From NCBI GenBank assembly GCA_964019335.1, contig OZ025670.1, positions 496,001 through 560,000 on the forward strand: DNA of 64,000 bases. Reading direction: 5' to 3'. Origin of the DNA: Diplonema japonicum. Lineage: Eukaryota; Protista; Euglenozoa: Diplonemea. The stretch's first letter is position 1. Every line of letters begins with the position of its first letter. This document shows positions 23,832 through 34,346 of this stretch, in pieces. The notes under the pieces were generated by a model that ran no database searches, had not been told where the DNA came from, and saw only the letters and a list, made by a program, of their open reading frames with translations. Made by a program: the position numbers and the translations under genes.

Positions 23832-23923
23832 GCCCGATATATATTATATCACAATTTAAAAAAAAAAGAATAGTAAACACCATTCAGGAGGGTGAGCGGG
23901 CTGCTCTGGGGGACAACAAAAAA

Positions 23924-24141
23924 ATGCATGGGAGAAATACAGTTGTCGCAGTGGCCCTAGTGCTGTTGTTGGGCAGCTGTCACATCGCAGACGGGTCAAC
24001 GGGTGGTGGGCTGACTTTTCCTATGGAAGTATAACAAAACACACACATCACATTCTTCAACATAAAAAACCACAGCTCGACGAACAACGGTGTTTCTACG
24101 AGAAGGTAGGCCACGCCAGCAGCAGAGTCTTCTCTCACGTC

Positions 24142-24177
<36 letters not shown>

Positions 24178-24746
24178 CAATCAACACATCAGATTCTCGA
24201 CGGAGGCTATGACGTACGCCTAACAGTGTCCGGGCCCATTGAGGGCGACGGCCCTGGGACAGGCAAGGAGAACATTATCTATGACGGGGACCTCGTCGCT
24301 GTGAAGGGCGAGAAGAAGGTCATGTTCCGGGCAGCAGGAAGCAACGACATATACAAATTCTGCATAAAGAACGGCAACATTATGATGAAGAGTGTGATGG
24401 TCAATGTGAGGAGCCATGACCCTACAGAACAGGGCGTCGGGCCGTACAAGCCCATGGAGCCTATTAAGAAGACAATTATTAGGTATCGGTTTTTTTTATT
24501 TATTTTTTTTTTTTTTGCGCTACGATAATATACAGGTTGTCTGAGTCTTTGCACAGCATTAAGGAGGAGCAGCACTACCTCCGCACCCGGGAGCGCATTC
24601 ACCGTGACACAGCAGAAGATACCTTTGAAAGGATTATGTTCTGGTCCGTCCTCGCCTGCGTTATGCTTATTGCCATGGGTGTCGGCCAGCTGTGGTACTA
24701 CCACTCGTTGTTCGGTTCCACTAGCAGCAGGTCCAGAGGGGTGTAG
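23924..24746 (+). CDS. p24/emp24/gp25L (TMED) GOLD-domain cargo receptor, spliced
   Basis: Signal peptide, EQRCFYE, YKFC, EQHYLRTRERIHRDTAEDT, C-terminal TM. Introns near 24029, 24145 and 24483. Confidence 0.9.
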
Positions 24747-24788
24747 TGACGGGAAAGGTGGTAGTGGTGGGGAAGAAGAAAGAGTGTC

Positions 24789-24833
<45 letters not shown>

Positions 24834-24841
24834 TCTTTTAA

Positions 24842-25346
24842 CCCATAAAGGACCGGAATATTCAGCTAAAAAAAGAATTTGAAATTCTGCTAAGGCATTT
24901 TTAGTGCTCTGCATGCCCACTCTTTAAAGAGGGGCCTTATTGCGCGACTTTTTTTATGCTGAACGCTATATCGCTCGTAAATTTTTGCATCCAAACTGCA
25001 AGGGGAGGAAAAAAATAGTGGCACAGACATTGTTTTTTTTACACCCCATAAGGAGCAGCCCCGAAAGTACTTCTGAAGAAGGGTCAGTGTCACCGGATGA
25101 TGGGGATATCCCGGATATGGAATGGGATGACAAAATCGAGAAGGTGGGGAGGAAAATATTTCGCAAGGTACCAAGTCCAAGTGTACCAGTAGTGGGTCTC
25201 AACGGGCTGGAGGTTTTTCCTTTGTTTTTGATAGGGCGGCCCTCCAGCAGGGGGCTTGTCCTGTACTTTGAGTTGTTTTTCACTCCTGCGGCTCTAAAAG
25301 GCTATCGTGGGGTGGGCAGCAAGCCGTTCGTCTGGGCCTTTATGGG
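24842..25346. mobile_element. 505-bp piggyBac-type non-autonomous element (MITE)
   Basis: TTAA|CCCATAAAGGACCGGA ... TCTGGGCCTTTATGGG|TTAA: TTAA duplication at 24838-24841 and 25347-25350, CCC/GGG termini, 16-bp TIR with 2 mismatches. Confidence 0.9.
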
Positions 25347-25740
25347 TTAAAAAAAATTAAAACAAAAAGAATACCAAGTGTGGCTTTTTTTTTAAAATGT
25401 TCGTTTTTTTATTGAAATTTTTTTTCCCCCTCATATTTCTTCGGACCGAACGAAAGAAGGAGAAAAAAAAAAGAAAGAAAAAAAAAAAAGAAAAAAAAAA
25501 CAAGGGAAAAAAAGAAAAGAGAGAGAAACTGAGACTAAGGAGAGAGGCATTCTTCGCTTTACTTCCGATAAGAAAGAAGGGGGGGACAGCTAGTGTAAAC
25601 TTTTTTTTTTTTGTGATTGCCCGGCTCCAATTTATTTATCCTTTTTCGTTTACCATTTTTCTTTATCTCTTCTTTCTCTCTTGTATTAACCCCCCCACGC
25701 GAGTTAGCTGTGCTGAGGGTTATAATCCAGGTGGCAAGAA

Positions 25741-25995
25741 ATGGAAGATCTCTGCCGTGCTGTGGTGGTGTCTGGCCTGGTGACGTATGCGGTGTGGGTG
25801 CTCATTGGTAAGGTGAGTGGCAACAAAAAGGAAAAAGAAAGCAAGGAGCAAGAGCTGCCTGCGGTGTCATACCAGCCCTGGATGGCACAGGCAGCAAAAA
25901 CCCTCAGCAACAACGGAGGGTACACCAACAATTCCGACGGCCCACAGCCCGCGCGGAGAGGACGAAGGGAACACCGTGCCATCTACTACACATAA
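25741..25995 (+). CDS. Small single-TM hypothetical protein
   Basis: 84-aa ORF with a hydrophobic N-terminal segment, in complex sequence between homopolymer tracts. Confidence 0.45.
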   Translation: MEDLCRAVVVSGLVTYAVWVLIGKVSGNKKEKESKEQELPAVSYQPWMAQAAKTLSNNGGYTNNSDGPQPARRGRREHRAIYYT

Positions 25996-26197
25996 AAAAA
26001 AAACAAAAAAAAAAGAGAATCTTTTTAAAAATGGACGAGTGAACAAGCTGCCCACCTCTTTCCCACCCCCCCCTGTTGTCATTTCCTCTGTTTTTCTTTT
26101 TTTTTTTTTTTTTTTTGGTTTCTTTTCTTTTTTTCTCCTATGTTGTGTGTTATATATAACCCCTTGATTCATTCCACCACTCGAGTAGGTCAATCAA

Positions 26198-29140
26198 ATG
26201 GGCAAAAAAGCAGCCACGAAACCTGCACCCGAAGTGGGTGTGCTGCTCCTCTGTGGACTTCCAGGAAGTGGAAAGTCAACGTTCTCAGCGCAGCTTGCAA
26301 AGCGTGGGTGGATTGTCATCAGTCAGGATGTGCTGGGGTCGCAAGCTGAGTGTACAAAGCTGTTGGAAAAATCCTTGAAGCACAACCACTCTGTAGTCAT
26401 CGACCGGTGTAACGTAACACCCTCGGAGCGGAAGCTGTGGGTGCAGCGTGCACGTGCAGCATATCAGGGCGCCATGCGAATTGAGACCGCCTTCATGGAC
26501 GTCCCCCCTTCGCTGTGCAAGACGAGAGTTGCCGCCCGCAAGGCGCACCCTACACTCGGTGCCGACAACCTTGATGTAATTGACCAGTTCTGCCGTGGCA
26601 TGAAATTCCCCGAGAAGTGGGAAGGCCCATACAGCGATTGCTTCACCATAAAGTGCGACCAGCACATCAAGGACCTCCTTGTTCGCTACCATGATACGCA
26701 GAACATAGACACCTCTGCCACCCTCTCCGAAGGCAGTGGTTGGGAGACACCTGTCGCACCTAAGCCTGCATCGAAGGCATCCAAGCCCTCTTCAAAATCA
26801 GCAAAAGCAAACACGGTTACCAGTGACAGCACCGGTCCAAGTAAACCTGGCCCGTATACAGGGCAGCTCTTTATGGTGCGGCATGGAGAGCGAACAGACC
26901 GTGTGGGGATGACGGTCAGCAACCCTGATGACTGCGCCATCACGAAGAAAGGACGAGAGCAGGCGCGGAAGGCAGGGGAGTTCATAGCATCGCGGACGAC
27001 TACGGTTGCTGCCGTGTATAGCTCTCCTTTCCTGCGGTGTGTCGAAACGGCTGCTGAGATAGCAGGCCAAGTAGGCGTGCCATTCTTGCGCATTGAACCG
27101 GGGCTTGCGGAGCTGTACGCGGAGCGCATCTTCCGTCGGGACCCTGTCCTGACACCCCCGAAGGTCGTCTCATCGACTATTATGGAGCGGTGCCACATAG
27201 GCATCGACACATCTGTGGCACCTGTCGTGGCCAACATGCCTGAATACCCTGAAGGGGGGCGGGCGGCTAATAAGAGAATTTGTGATACAGTTTCAGCCCT
27301 TCTGCAAGCACACCGTAATGAGGTCATTGTTTTGGTGACGCACGCGCACGGACTGACCCAGGCTACCTCTAATATCCCGAAGCTGCATAAACAGATGTCC
27401 AACCCACGACCGGATTACTGTGCCCTTACGCACATCGACTCGTCCCTCACTGCACTCCTCGCCACAGATGTGGTGTACCGGAGCTCCGTGTCAGGTGCAG
27501 GCATCAGCAAATTCCTGTCTGATGTAGCGCTCCCACCACCTCCTGCGAAGGGCAAGTTCGGGAAGGCGTGGAACTGGGTAGAAACTGAAGACGACGAGAG
27601 TGATGAAGAACAAGAGGAGGACGACGACGAAGAAGACGAATACCAAATCAGTGAGATCCTCGACCTCCCTTTGGAGGAGGCCGCAGCCATGTACCCGAAG
27701 TTTGCGAAGTTCTACAACCACGGCAATGCAGCACAGAAAAAAGCCTTCAAAGCATCTTGGGACGCAGGTGAAAAGAAGATACGTGAGAAGGTGGCACAGA
27801 TGCTGAAGCAGGGCATTTTTGATGAAGCAGCGCACGTCGATCACGACAGGGCACCGAATAAGTTCCGGCTGGTTTCCTTTGACGTGCAAGTGCTGAAAAA
27901 GGGCGAGCTCCCTCTCGTTGTGAAGGAGCTTCAAGCAGTGCAGCCCGACGTGCTATGTCTACAAAGTGTTGCAGAAGATGACATACAACACCTGGAAGCG
28001 TTCAATACTTCAGGCAGGTACAACACCTCCACGTGCAGCGTCGGGAAGAGGCCGTGCATCACGTTTTGTCTGAAGAACCTGACACCCGTGTTCCACAACG
28101 CCGTGCTGGACGAAGGCCACACGGTGACCTTCTGCACCGCTTATCACGAGAATACGACTGTTGTGGTGTGCAATGCTGTCATGTTCACAGCAGGGCAGAG
28201 TGACAAGGTGTTTGCCATGATGGAGGGGAACGTCAAGTCTGTCGGGGAATGCGTGGCAATGGTGGCATCGGACAGCTCGATCAGCACAACGGCCGCACCT
28301 GCTGGGTACAAACATTGCTGCGAGGGTGCCAACGTGCTAATATCGGAAGGAAAGTACAAGTCCGACGAGGTGAAGCTGCTGCACAAGCAGGCCTTCGGAC
28401 ACGGCGGAGTGGATATGATCCTGACGTTAGAAGAGGTGGCAGGTGTGAAAGCAGGTCTTCCGAAGTTCCCAAGAACGCAGCATCTATACAGCGTGGGCAA
28501 GGGCAGCGTGGGGAGAGACGACCTGCTGCTGAGCGCTGAAGATGCAAAGTCGTACCACAGCGAGAAAACGGTTGTAGAGGAAAAGATCGACGGGAGCAAC
28601 CTGGGCATCTGGTTCGACGAAGACATGAACGTGGTGTGCATGAACAGGGGGAAGGCGGTGACATCGTCAAGCGGGAGCCAGTGGGGAAAACTAGACGCCT
28701 GGCTGGACGAGAAGCGATCAGAGCTATACAAGATCCTCGGGCAGCGGTATACTCTCTACGGGGAGTGGATGGTGGCCCGACACAGCATCAGCTACACAAA
28801 GCTTCCCGACTACTTCATCGCCTTCGACGTCTATGACAAACGGGCAGGAAGATTTCTTGGCGTACGTCCTAGGAACGAACTCATCAGAAGCACGTCTCTT
28901 TATGTCATCCGCCCCATCAGTACCAGCGTGCACCCAGACAAGGCTTCTCTGACGTCTCTTCTCAGCACTCAGTCTTACTATACCTCTGCTGTTATTGAAG
29001 GTGTGTACATAAGAGTGGACACGCCAGACGGCTTGTGGCTTGATAAACGTGCAAAGATCGTAAATGCCGAGTTCATGGAAGGGATCGAAGAAGGGCATTG
29101 GCAGAAGCGTGCGATGGAGAAAAACAGCTTGAAATATTGA
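26198..29140 (+). CDS. Multidomain RNA end-healing/sealing enzyme: P-loop polynucleotide kinase (AAA_33) + histidine phosphatase + degenerate EEP + ATP-dependent RNA ligase
   Basis: Kinase GLPGSGKST/SQD/VIDRCN; phosphatase VRHGER/SSPFLRCVETA/LVTHA; EEP LVSFDV/PDVLCLQSV; ligase FPRTQHL/EEKIDGSN/LYGEW/HSISY/FIAFD/EGVY/RAKIV. Confidence 0.85.
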   Translation: MGKKAATKPAPEVGVLLLCGLPGSGKSTFSAQLAKRGWIVISQDVLGSQAECTKLLEKSLKHNHSVVIDRCNVTPSERKLWVQRARAAYQGAMRIETAFMDVPPSLCKTRVAARKAHPTLGADNLDVIDQFCRGMKFPEKWEGPYSDCFTIKCDQHIKDLLVRYHDTQNIDTSATLSEGSGWETPVAPKPASKASKPSSKSAKANTVTSDSTGPSKPGPYTGQLFMVRHGERTDRVGMTVSNPDDCAITKKGREQARKAGEFIASRTTTVAAVYSSPFLRCVETAAEIAGQVGVPFLRIEPGLAELYAERIFRRDPVLTPPKVVSSTIMERCHIGIDTSVAPVVANMPEYPEGGRAANKRICDTVSALLQAHRNEVIVLVTHAHGLTQATSNIPKLHKQMSNPRPDYCALTHIDSSLTALLATDVVYRSSVSGAGISKFLSDVALPPPPAKGKFGKAWNWVETEDDESDEEQEEDDDEEDEYQISEILDLPLEEAAAMYPKFAKFYNHGNAAQKKAFKASWDAGEKKIREKVAQMLKQGIFDEAAHVDHDRAPNKFRLVSFDVQVLKKGELPLVVKELQAVQPDVLCLQSVAEDDIQHLEAFNTSGRYNTSTCSVGKRPCITFCLKNLTPVFHNAVLDEGHTVTFCTAYHENTTVVVCNAVMFTAGQSDKVFAMMEGNVKSVGECVAMVASDSSISTTAAPAGYKHCCEGANVLISEGKYKSDEVKLLHKQAFGHGGVDMILTLEEVAGVKAGLPKFPRTQHLYSVGKGSVGRDDLLLSAEDAKSYHSEKTVVEEKIDGSNLGIWFDEDMNVVCMNRGKAVTSSSGSQWGKLDAWLDEKRSELYKILGQRYTLYGEWMVARHSISYTKLPDYFIAFDVYDKRAGRFLGVRPRNELIRSTSLYVIRPISTSVHPDKASLTSLLSTQSYYTSAVIEGVYIRVDTPDGLWLDKRAKIVNAEFMEGIEEGHWQKRAMEKNSLKY

Positions 29141-29779
29141 AAAAAAAAAAGGGGGGAAAGGTGCATGTTGTCTACGAATATCTAACCCGAAGGAAATGGC
29201 ATGCCTTCTTCCCCTCTCCTCCCCTCCAGTGTTTTCCTCCCTGCTAAAAAGGACAGGTCCTTGTGGTCATTCTTTTCATGCCTGTGAGGCTGAACTTTTT
29301 TCTTCTCCTTTTTATTTGTACCAATTTTTTTTTTATCTCCCCTGCCCCGTAAAGATACAAAAGTCTGCGATCTCGCTGCTCATTTTTGTTTGAAAAATCA
29401 CCATGCATGTTATAGTTGTGGCTCGTCCACCACTTAGCTCCTTTTGGGAAAATAGTGCTTGGCCATCAAGAAAAAATGCATGCGTTTCCAGTTGCATTAT
29501 CCGTACTGAGGAGAATTGGTTATCGGTGCCCCAATCACTCTTACAATGTTTCGTTCCTCCCACCCGTCCCTGTTGGGGTGCAAGCTAGAGGATACCCCCG
29601 TCGCCTGTGCATGGTACCGTCGTGAGAAATAAACCTTTCAATTTACCCCCTCTTTTTTTTTTTTTTTTTTTTTTTGTTTTTGTTTCACCTTTTTAATTAG
29701 CTGTTTTATGAAAAGGGTTAAAACCATTCAAAAAGAAAAAAGGGAAAGAGAAAAAAAAAAAGAGAAAGAAAGGGGGAAA

Positions 29780-32162
29780 ATGAAGAAAGTCCCTTTCGGA
29801 GGAGGTGATGGCAGCATCACCCTTGGAAGTCGGAACTTGGCAGCGGGGGAAAAGGGGGAAAAGAAAGGCAGTCTGAAGCTATCTATAAAACCATTCCTGT
29901 CGAGCAGTCTGCCGAGAGATTTTGAAGAAAAATGCTGGGGAAAGCTGAACAATGCCGTAGAGGCGGTGCACACAAAGAGAAAAGTGGGGACGTCGTTGCA
30001 GGAGCTGTACAACCTGGTGCAGGATCTGGTGGTGAATAAACTGGGAAACAATTTGTACGACAAATTGGAAAAGGTGCAAGGGGACAGAACCGCTGCTGTT
30101 TTTAAAACACTAGACGGGAGCAATCTGAAGGGACGAGAATTTCTGTCCCAGTTCAATTCCGCTTGGGACACGCTTTGCTGCGAAGCAGCAACCATTAAAA
30201 ATATCTTCACCTCGCTCGACCGATCTATAAAGCTGACCACCACCAAGAGAGACGTAACAGATATGAGCCTATTCCAGTTCAGGGTCAATCTGATGAGCTT
30301 CACAGGGCTTCAACATAAGCTAATCGACACCGTTTTACAAGAGATCAAAGCAGAGAGAGATGGCGTGGCCGTCAACAGGCTTCTTCTAAAGCAGCTCACT
30401 TCCATGTTGCAGGCTGTTTCCTTTTACACAGCTTTCGAAGCACCGTTCCTAACAGGCTCGAAGCAATATTACGTTGCAGAGTCGGCTAAGCTGCTGGTTT
30501 TACATGATGGGCCATGCATTGCGAGGTACCTGCATCTTATTTCGAAAAGACTTGAGGAGGAAGAGAACCGGGTTTTAACATATCTCTCGCAGGTCACTAG
30601 GAAACCCCTCATCACAGAGGTAGAGAGAAATCTTATTGCCGTGCATTCAGTGACGATACTTACTGCTGGGTTTTCACATTTAATGTCCAATATGATGCTT
30701 GCAGAGCTCACTCTTCTCCACCAGCATTTCAGCCTCCCTTCAGTCCAGAAACTCGACCTTCTTCGGGATAGCCTAGGTGCTTATATTAAAAAAACAGGGA
30801 TTGAGATCATGAACGGTGCGGACACCACCATCGTGCAAGAACTGCTGAAGTTTAAAGCGAACCTCGATCTCGTTTGCTCCTCCTGTTTCTCATCCCAAAA
30901 AGAATTCACCTACACTATCCGTGACTCCTGTGAAGCCTTCGTCAATTTGAATCCCAGCAAACCCGCTCAACTTCTCGCCAAATACATCGACACGAAGATG
31001 AAACCTGGCGGGAAGGAGACAGAAGACGAGCTTGAACCCCACTTAGATAGCTGCCTCGACATCTTCAGGATGATTCAAGCAAAGGTATAAAACCAAAAAA
31101 GAAAAAAATCAAACAAACCGCCCAGGACGTCTTTGAAGCTTTCTACAACAAAGACTTCGCGAAGAGGCTGCTGCTAGCAAGGTCTGCTTCGCTTGACTTG
31201 GAGAAATCATTCATTTCGAAGCTCAAAGCAGCATGTGGTCCAAGCTTCACCACAAAACTAGAAGGGATGCTTAAGGTATGCTGTCATGTGCCACACATCG
31301 TACCCTCCCGACAGGATATGGAAGTCTCGAAGGAGGTGTTCTCGGGGTATAAGCCACCAACGAAGTCTGACATATCACTTGTGGTGCAGATTCTAACAGA
31401 AAGCCACTGGCCAACATACCAGTCGACACAGATCTCGCTTCCTCCGAAGATGTCAGAAGCACTGGAGGGTTTCAAATCGTACTATTTGGGGAAGTACTCG
31501 GGGAGAAAGCTAACTTGGCAGCCATGCTTGTGCACATGCACAGTAAAGGCAACGTTTGGAAGCACGAAGAAGGAACTGATCGTGTCATTGCTGCAGGCGT
31601 TGGTGCTGTTGCTGTTCAACACAGAGCGCGAGGCGAGCTTTTCCCGTATCAAAGAAGCGGTCGGGACTGGGGACGCAGACCTGACAAGATCCGTACAGGC
31701 TCTTGTGTTTTCGCAGGTATGTTATCCATGTTTGACATCATTGACCCAGGCACGCGTTTTGAAAAGAAGGAACAAAGGCGGGAAAGACATTTTGGACACA
31801 GACGTCTTTACTGTAAATGAAGACTTCCAGCACAAGCATTTCAGAGTGAAGATCAACGGGATGCAAATGAAGGAAACGGCAGAAGAAGCAAAGGGGACCA
31901 ACGACAAGGTGTTGACAGACAGGGTCCACGCGGTGGACGCCTGCCTTGTGAGGACCATGAAGTCAAGGAAATCGGTATTTTTTTTTTTTTTTTTTTTTTA
32001 TTCCCACAGCTCGTGCACTCGGAGCTCATCAGCAGTGTGTTCACGCAGCTCAAGTTCCCTGTCGAGACAGCCGACATCAAGAAGCGTATCGAGATATTGA
32101 TAGAACGGGAGTATTTCAGGCGAGACGACGAGCAACAGAACCTCTACCACTATGTGGCTTAG
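29780..32162 (+). CDS. CUL4: Cullin (CUL4-like), spliced
   Basis: KPAQLLAKYID, KDVFEAFYNKDFAKRLL, FTTKLEGM, DACLVRTMKSRK, KKRIEILIEREY...YHYVA. Introns near 31085, 31276, 31717 and 31975. Confidence 0.9.
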
Positions 32163-32299
32163 AAGGCCGGAAGGTTCGACCCTCTCTTGCTTTCCCTCTC
32201 CCCCCTTTTCTAAGATTTTATTTTACTCTTAGTATATTAGTTTGTGTTTTTTGTTAACCTCCCCCCCCCCCCCCCCCCCCTTTATTAAGCCAGTAGACA

Positions 32300-33613
32300 A
32301 TGCCTGGGTTGAAAAATGGTTACACTGCGGTCTTCGAGAAGGCCATGGAAGAAGTGCTGCAGGCAACAGGGGTGCCTGGTGTTTCCGTGTATGCACGGCG
32401 TGGCAACGATGTGTTTTCCTGCGGCAAAGGTGAGCACAGCGACTTGTCCAAGAAGTACAGGATGCATTCTATGACGAAGGTAATCACATCCACGGCGGCC
32501 ATCATGACAACGGAGACCCATAAGGACTTCCTTTTGACTGATCCCGTTTCGAAGTACATTCCGTCCTTCGACAGAGAGTGGGACCTCATCTTGGAGGGCA
32601 CAGAAGAGAAAGTCTCTTTTAAGGGATTCTCGAAGGGGCCTGCCGAGGTTAGCTTTAAGAGGGAGAAAAGCAAAACAAAAATGCTTGTGTCGCACCTCAT
32701 GGCAGAGTGCAGCGGGATAGGATATGACTTCTGGACCGAGTCAGGGGTCTGCGGGGAGAACTATTCCGCTGCGGCTGCGATCAGGCAAGCTGTTCACCCC
32801 GAAGTGTTCAACTCGTCGTGCATCATCGGTTCGCATCTCACGCTCGCAGAGTATTGCGACAAGATCGCTGAGGCTGGAGTGCTCGTGTGCGAGCCAGGAA
32901 ATTTCTCGTACGGGCTCGGCGCCCTTGTGGTCGGGCGAGTCCTTGAAGTGGTACATGGAAAACCTTTTTCTCAGATTCTGTCTGAGCTCATCTTCAAACC
33001 TCTTGGGATGAACGCCAGCTTTTTCATTTCTTCGCCCGACGAGATGCACGCTCTGTATGGGGTTGCAAGCGACAAAACGGTGGTCAAGGCTGAAGCCACC
33101 ATAGCCGACTGCGGGTCAGTTGCTGCGTACACCAACCACACCGACCATGCTTTGGGGCCCAAAAAGCTCGAGTCGGGTGACACTGGGCTTGTGATGCCCA
33201 TAGCCGAATATGCGAAGTTCTGCGAGTTTGTCCTCTCCAAAGGTCTTGCAGCAGATGGAACACGTGTGATGGACGAGAAGGGAATCTACATGCTGTGTCA
33301 CGGCGACCCGCATGGGTGTTCCATGGACTCGAGGATGGGGAATACACTCTTTGGATTCGGATACCCTGCGGCCATGACCTTCGGCTGGGCAAAGACAGAC
33401 CCCAAGGCTGATCCTGAAAAGCTTGGTGGCCATGACTTCCCTGTTTGTAACTACTGGAGTGGCTACGCGGGGAATCAGGTTCGTGTCTACCCGACTGAAG
33501 ACAGCTATATAATTGTAGGGATGCAGGTCATGGACCACCACTACACCCGTACATACCAAGACACAGTGCGCCTGCCACTCGTCGAGAAATTCATCTCCTT
33601 GTGGGAAAAATAG
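32300..33613 (+). CDS. Beta-lactamase-like serine hydrolase (class C/esterase family)
   Basis: SxxK (HSMTK), LTDPVSKYIP, HLMAECSG, EPGNFSYG, WSGYAG. Intronless. Confidence 0.88.
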   Translation: MPGLKNGYTAVFEKAMEEVLQATGVPGVSVYARRGNDVFSCGKGEHSDLSKKYRMHSMTKVITSTAAIMTTETHKDFLLTDPVSKYIPSFDREWDLILEGTEEKVSFKGFSKGPAEVSFKREKSKTKMLVSHLMAECSGIGYDFWTESGVCGENYSAAAAIRQAVHPEVFNSSCIIGSHLTLAEYCDKIAEAGVLVCEPGNFSYGLGALVVGRVLEVVHGKPFSQILSELIFKPLGMNASFFISSPDEMHALYGVASDKTVVKAEATIADCGSVAAYTNHTDHALGPKKLESGDTGLVMPIAEYAKFCEFVLSKGLAADGTRVMDEKGIYMLCHGDPHGCSMDSRMGNTLFGFGYPAAMTFGWAKTDPKADPEKLGGHDFPVCNYWSGYAGNQVRVYPTEDSYIIVGMQVMDHHYTRTYQDTVRLPLVEKFISLWEK

Positions 33614-33703
33614 GCAACTTTTACGACCGTCTCAACCAACCACATTACAGCTTTTATATATATATATATCTTCTATTGCTACCATGCAGCATGACAGGGT
33701 GTC

Positions 33704-34246
33704 ATGTCGGAGCCATGCCTTGTAGTTGTCGGGTCTGAGAGCCTGATCAAAAGGCAGGCTGTAGAAGAGGTGTTTAACAACGTGTTCGGTGACGTAGTAG
33801 TTGAAGGGGCAAGGTGCGACTCGGGAGTGAGAGACCAACCGGTGGGGAACAAAGAGACGCGATTGGGTGCACAAAATAGACTGGAAGCAGCGATGGAGGC
33901 AGTGCCTGGTGCTGCTTACTACGTTGCAATGGAGAATGGGATAATAGAGATGGACACAAATGAGTGGTATGACCTTGCATGGGTGGTAGTGCACTGCACT
34001 GCCTCTGGGAAGCGTGCGTATGCACCTACAACAGGCGTGCTTTTTCCTTTGAGGTTTATCAAAATGTCTGAAGAAGCTAACTATTCAGTAACCGCAGGGA
34101 GCCTTATGCGCAAGCATGGGTACACTTCTTCCTCTGTCGACCCTCACGTTTCCCTCACACATGGCCTTCTTACAAGGTCGACGATTCTTACACAGGGTAT
34201 CACCGCGGCGCTCGGTTCCTTCGAAGTGATTCATAAAAATGTGTAA
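33704..34246 (+). CDS. Inosine/xanthosine triphosphatase (YjjX-like non-canonical purine NTPase)
   Basis: VGSES..K..AV, SGVRDQPVG..ET..GAQNR, VAMENGI, LTHG.LTR. Confidence 0.85.
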   Translation: MSEPCLVVVGSESLIKRQAVEEVFNNVFGDVVVEGARCDSGVRDQPVGNKETRLGAQNRLEAAMEAVPGAAYYVAMENGIIEMDTNEWYDLAWVVVHCTASGKRAYAPTTGVLFPLRFIKMSEEANYSVTAGSLMRKHGYTSSSVDPHVSLTHGLLTRSTILTQGITAALGSFEVIHKNV

Positions 34247-34346
34247 ACAGTTTCTTTTCTTTTCTTTTTTTCCCCCCATTTCCCCTCCACATAATTTCGT
34301 TCCGCACACGCCACTCCCACCAGTTGAATACCGCGTACACTTAAAA

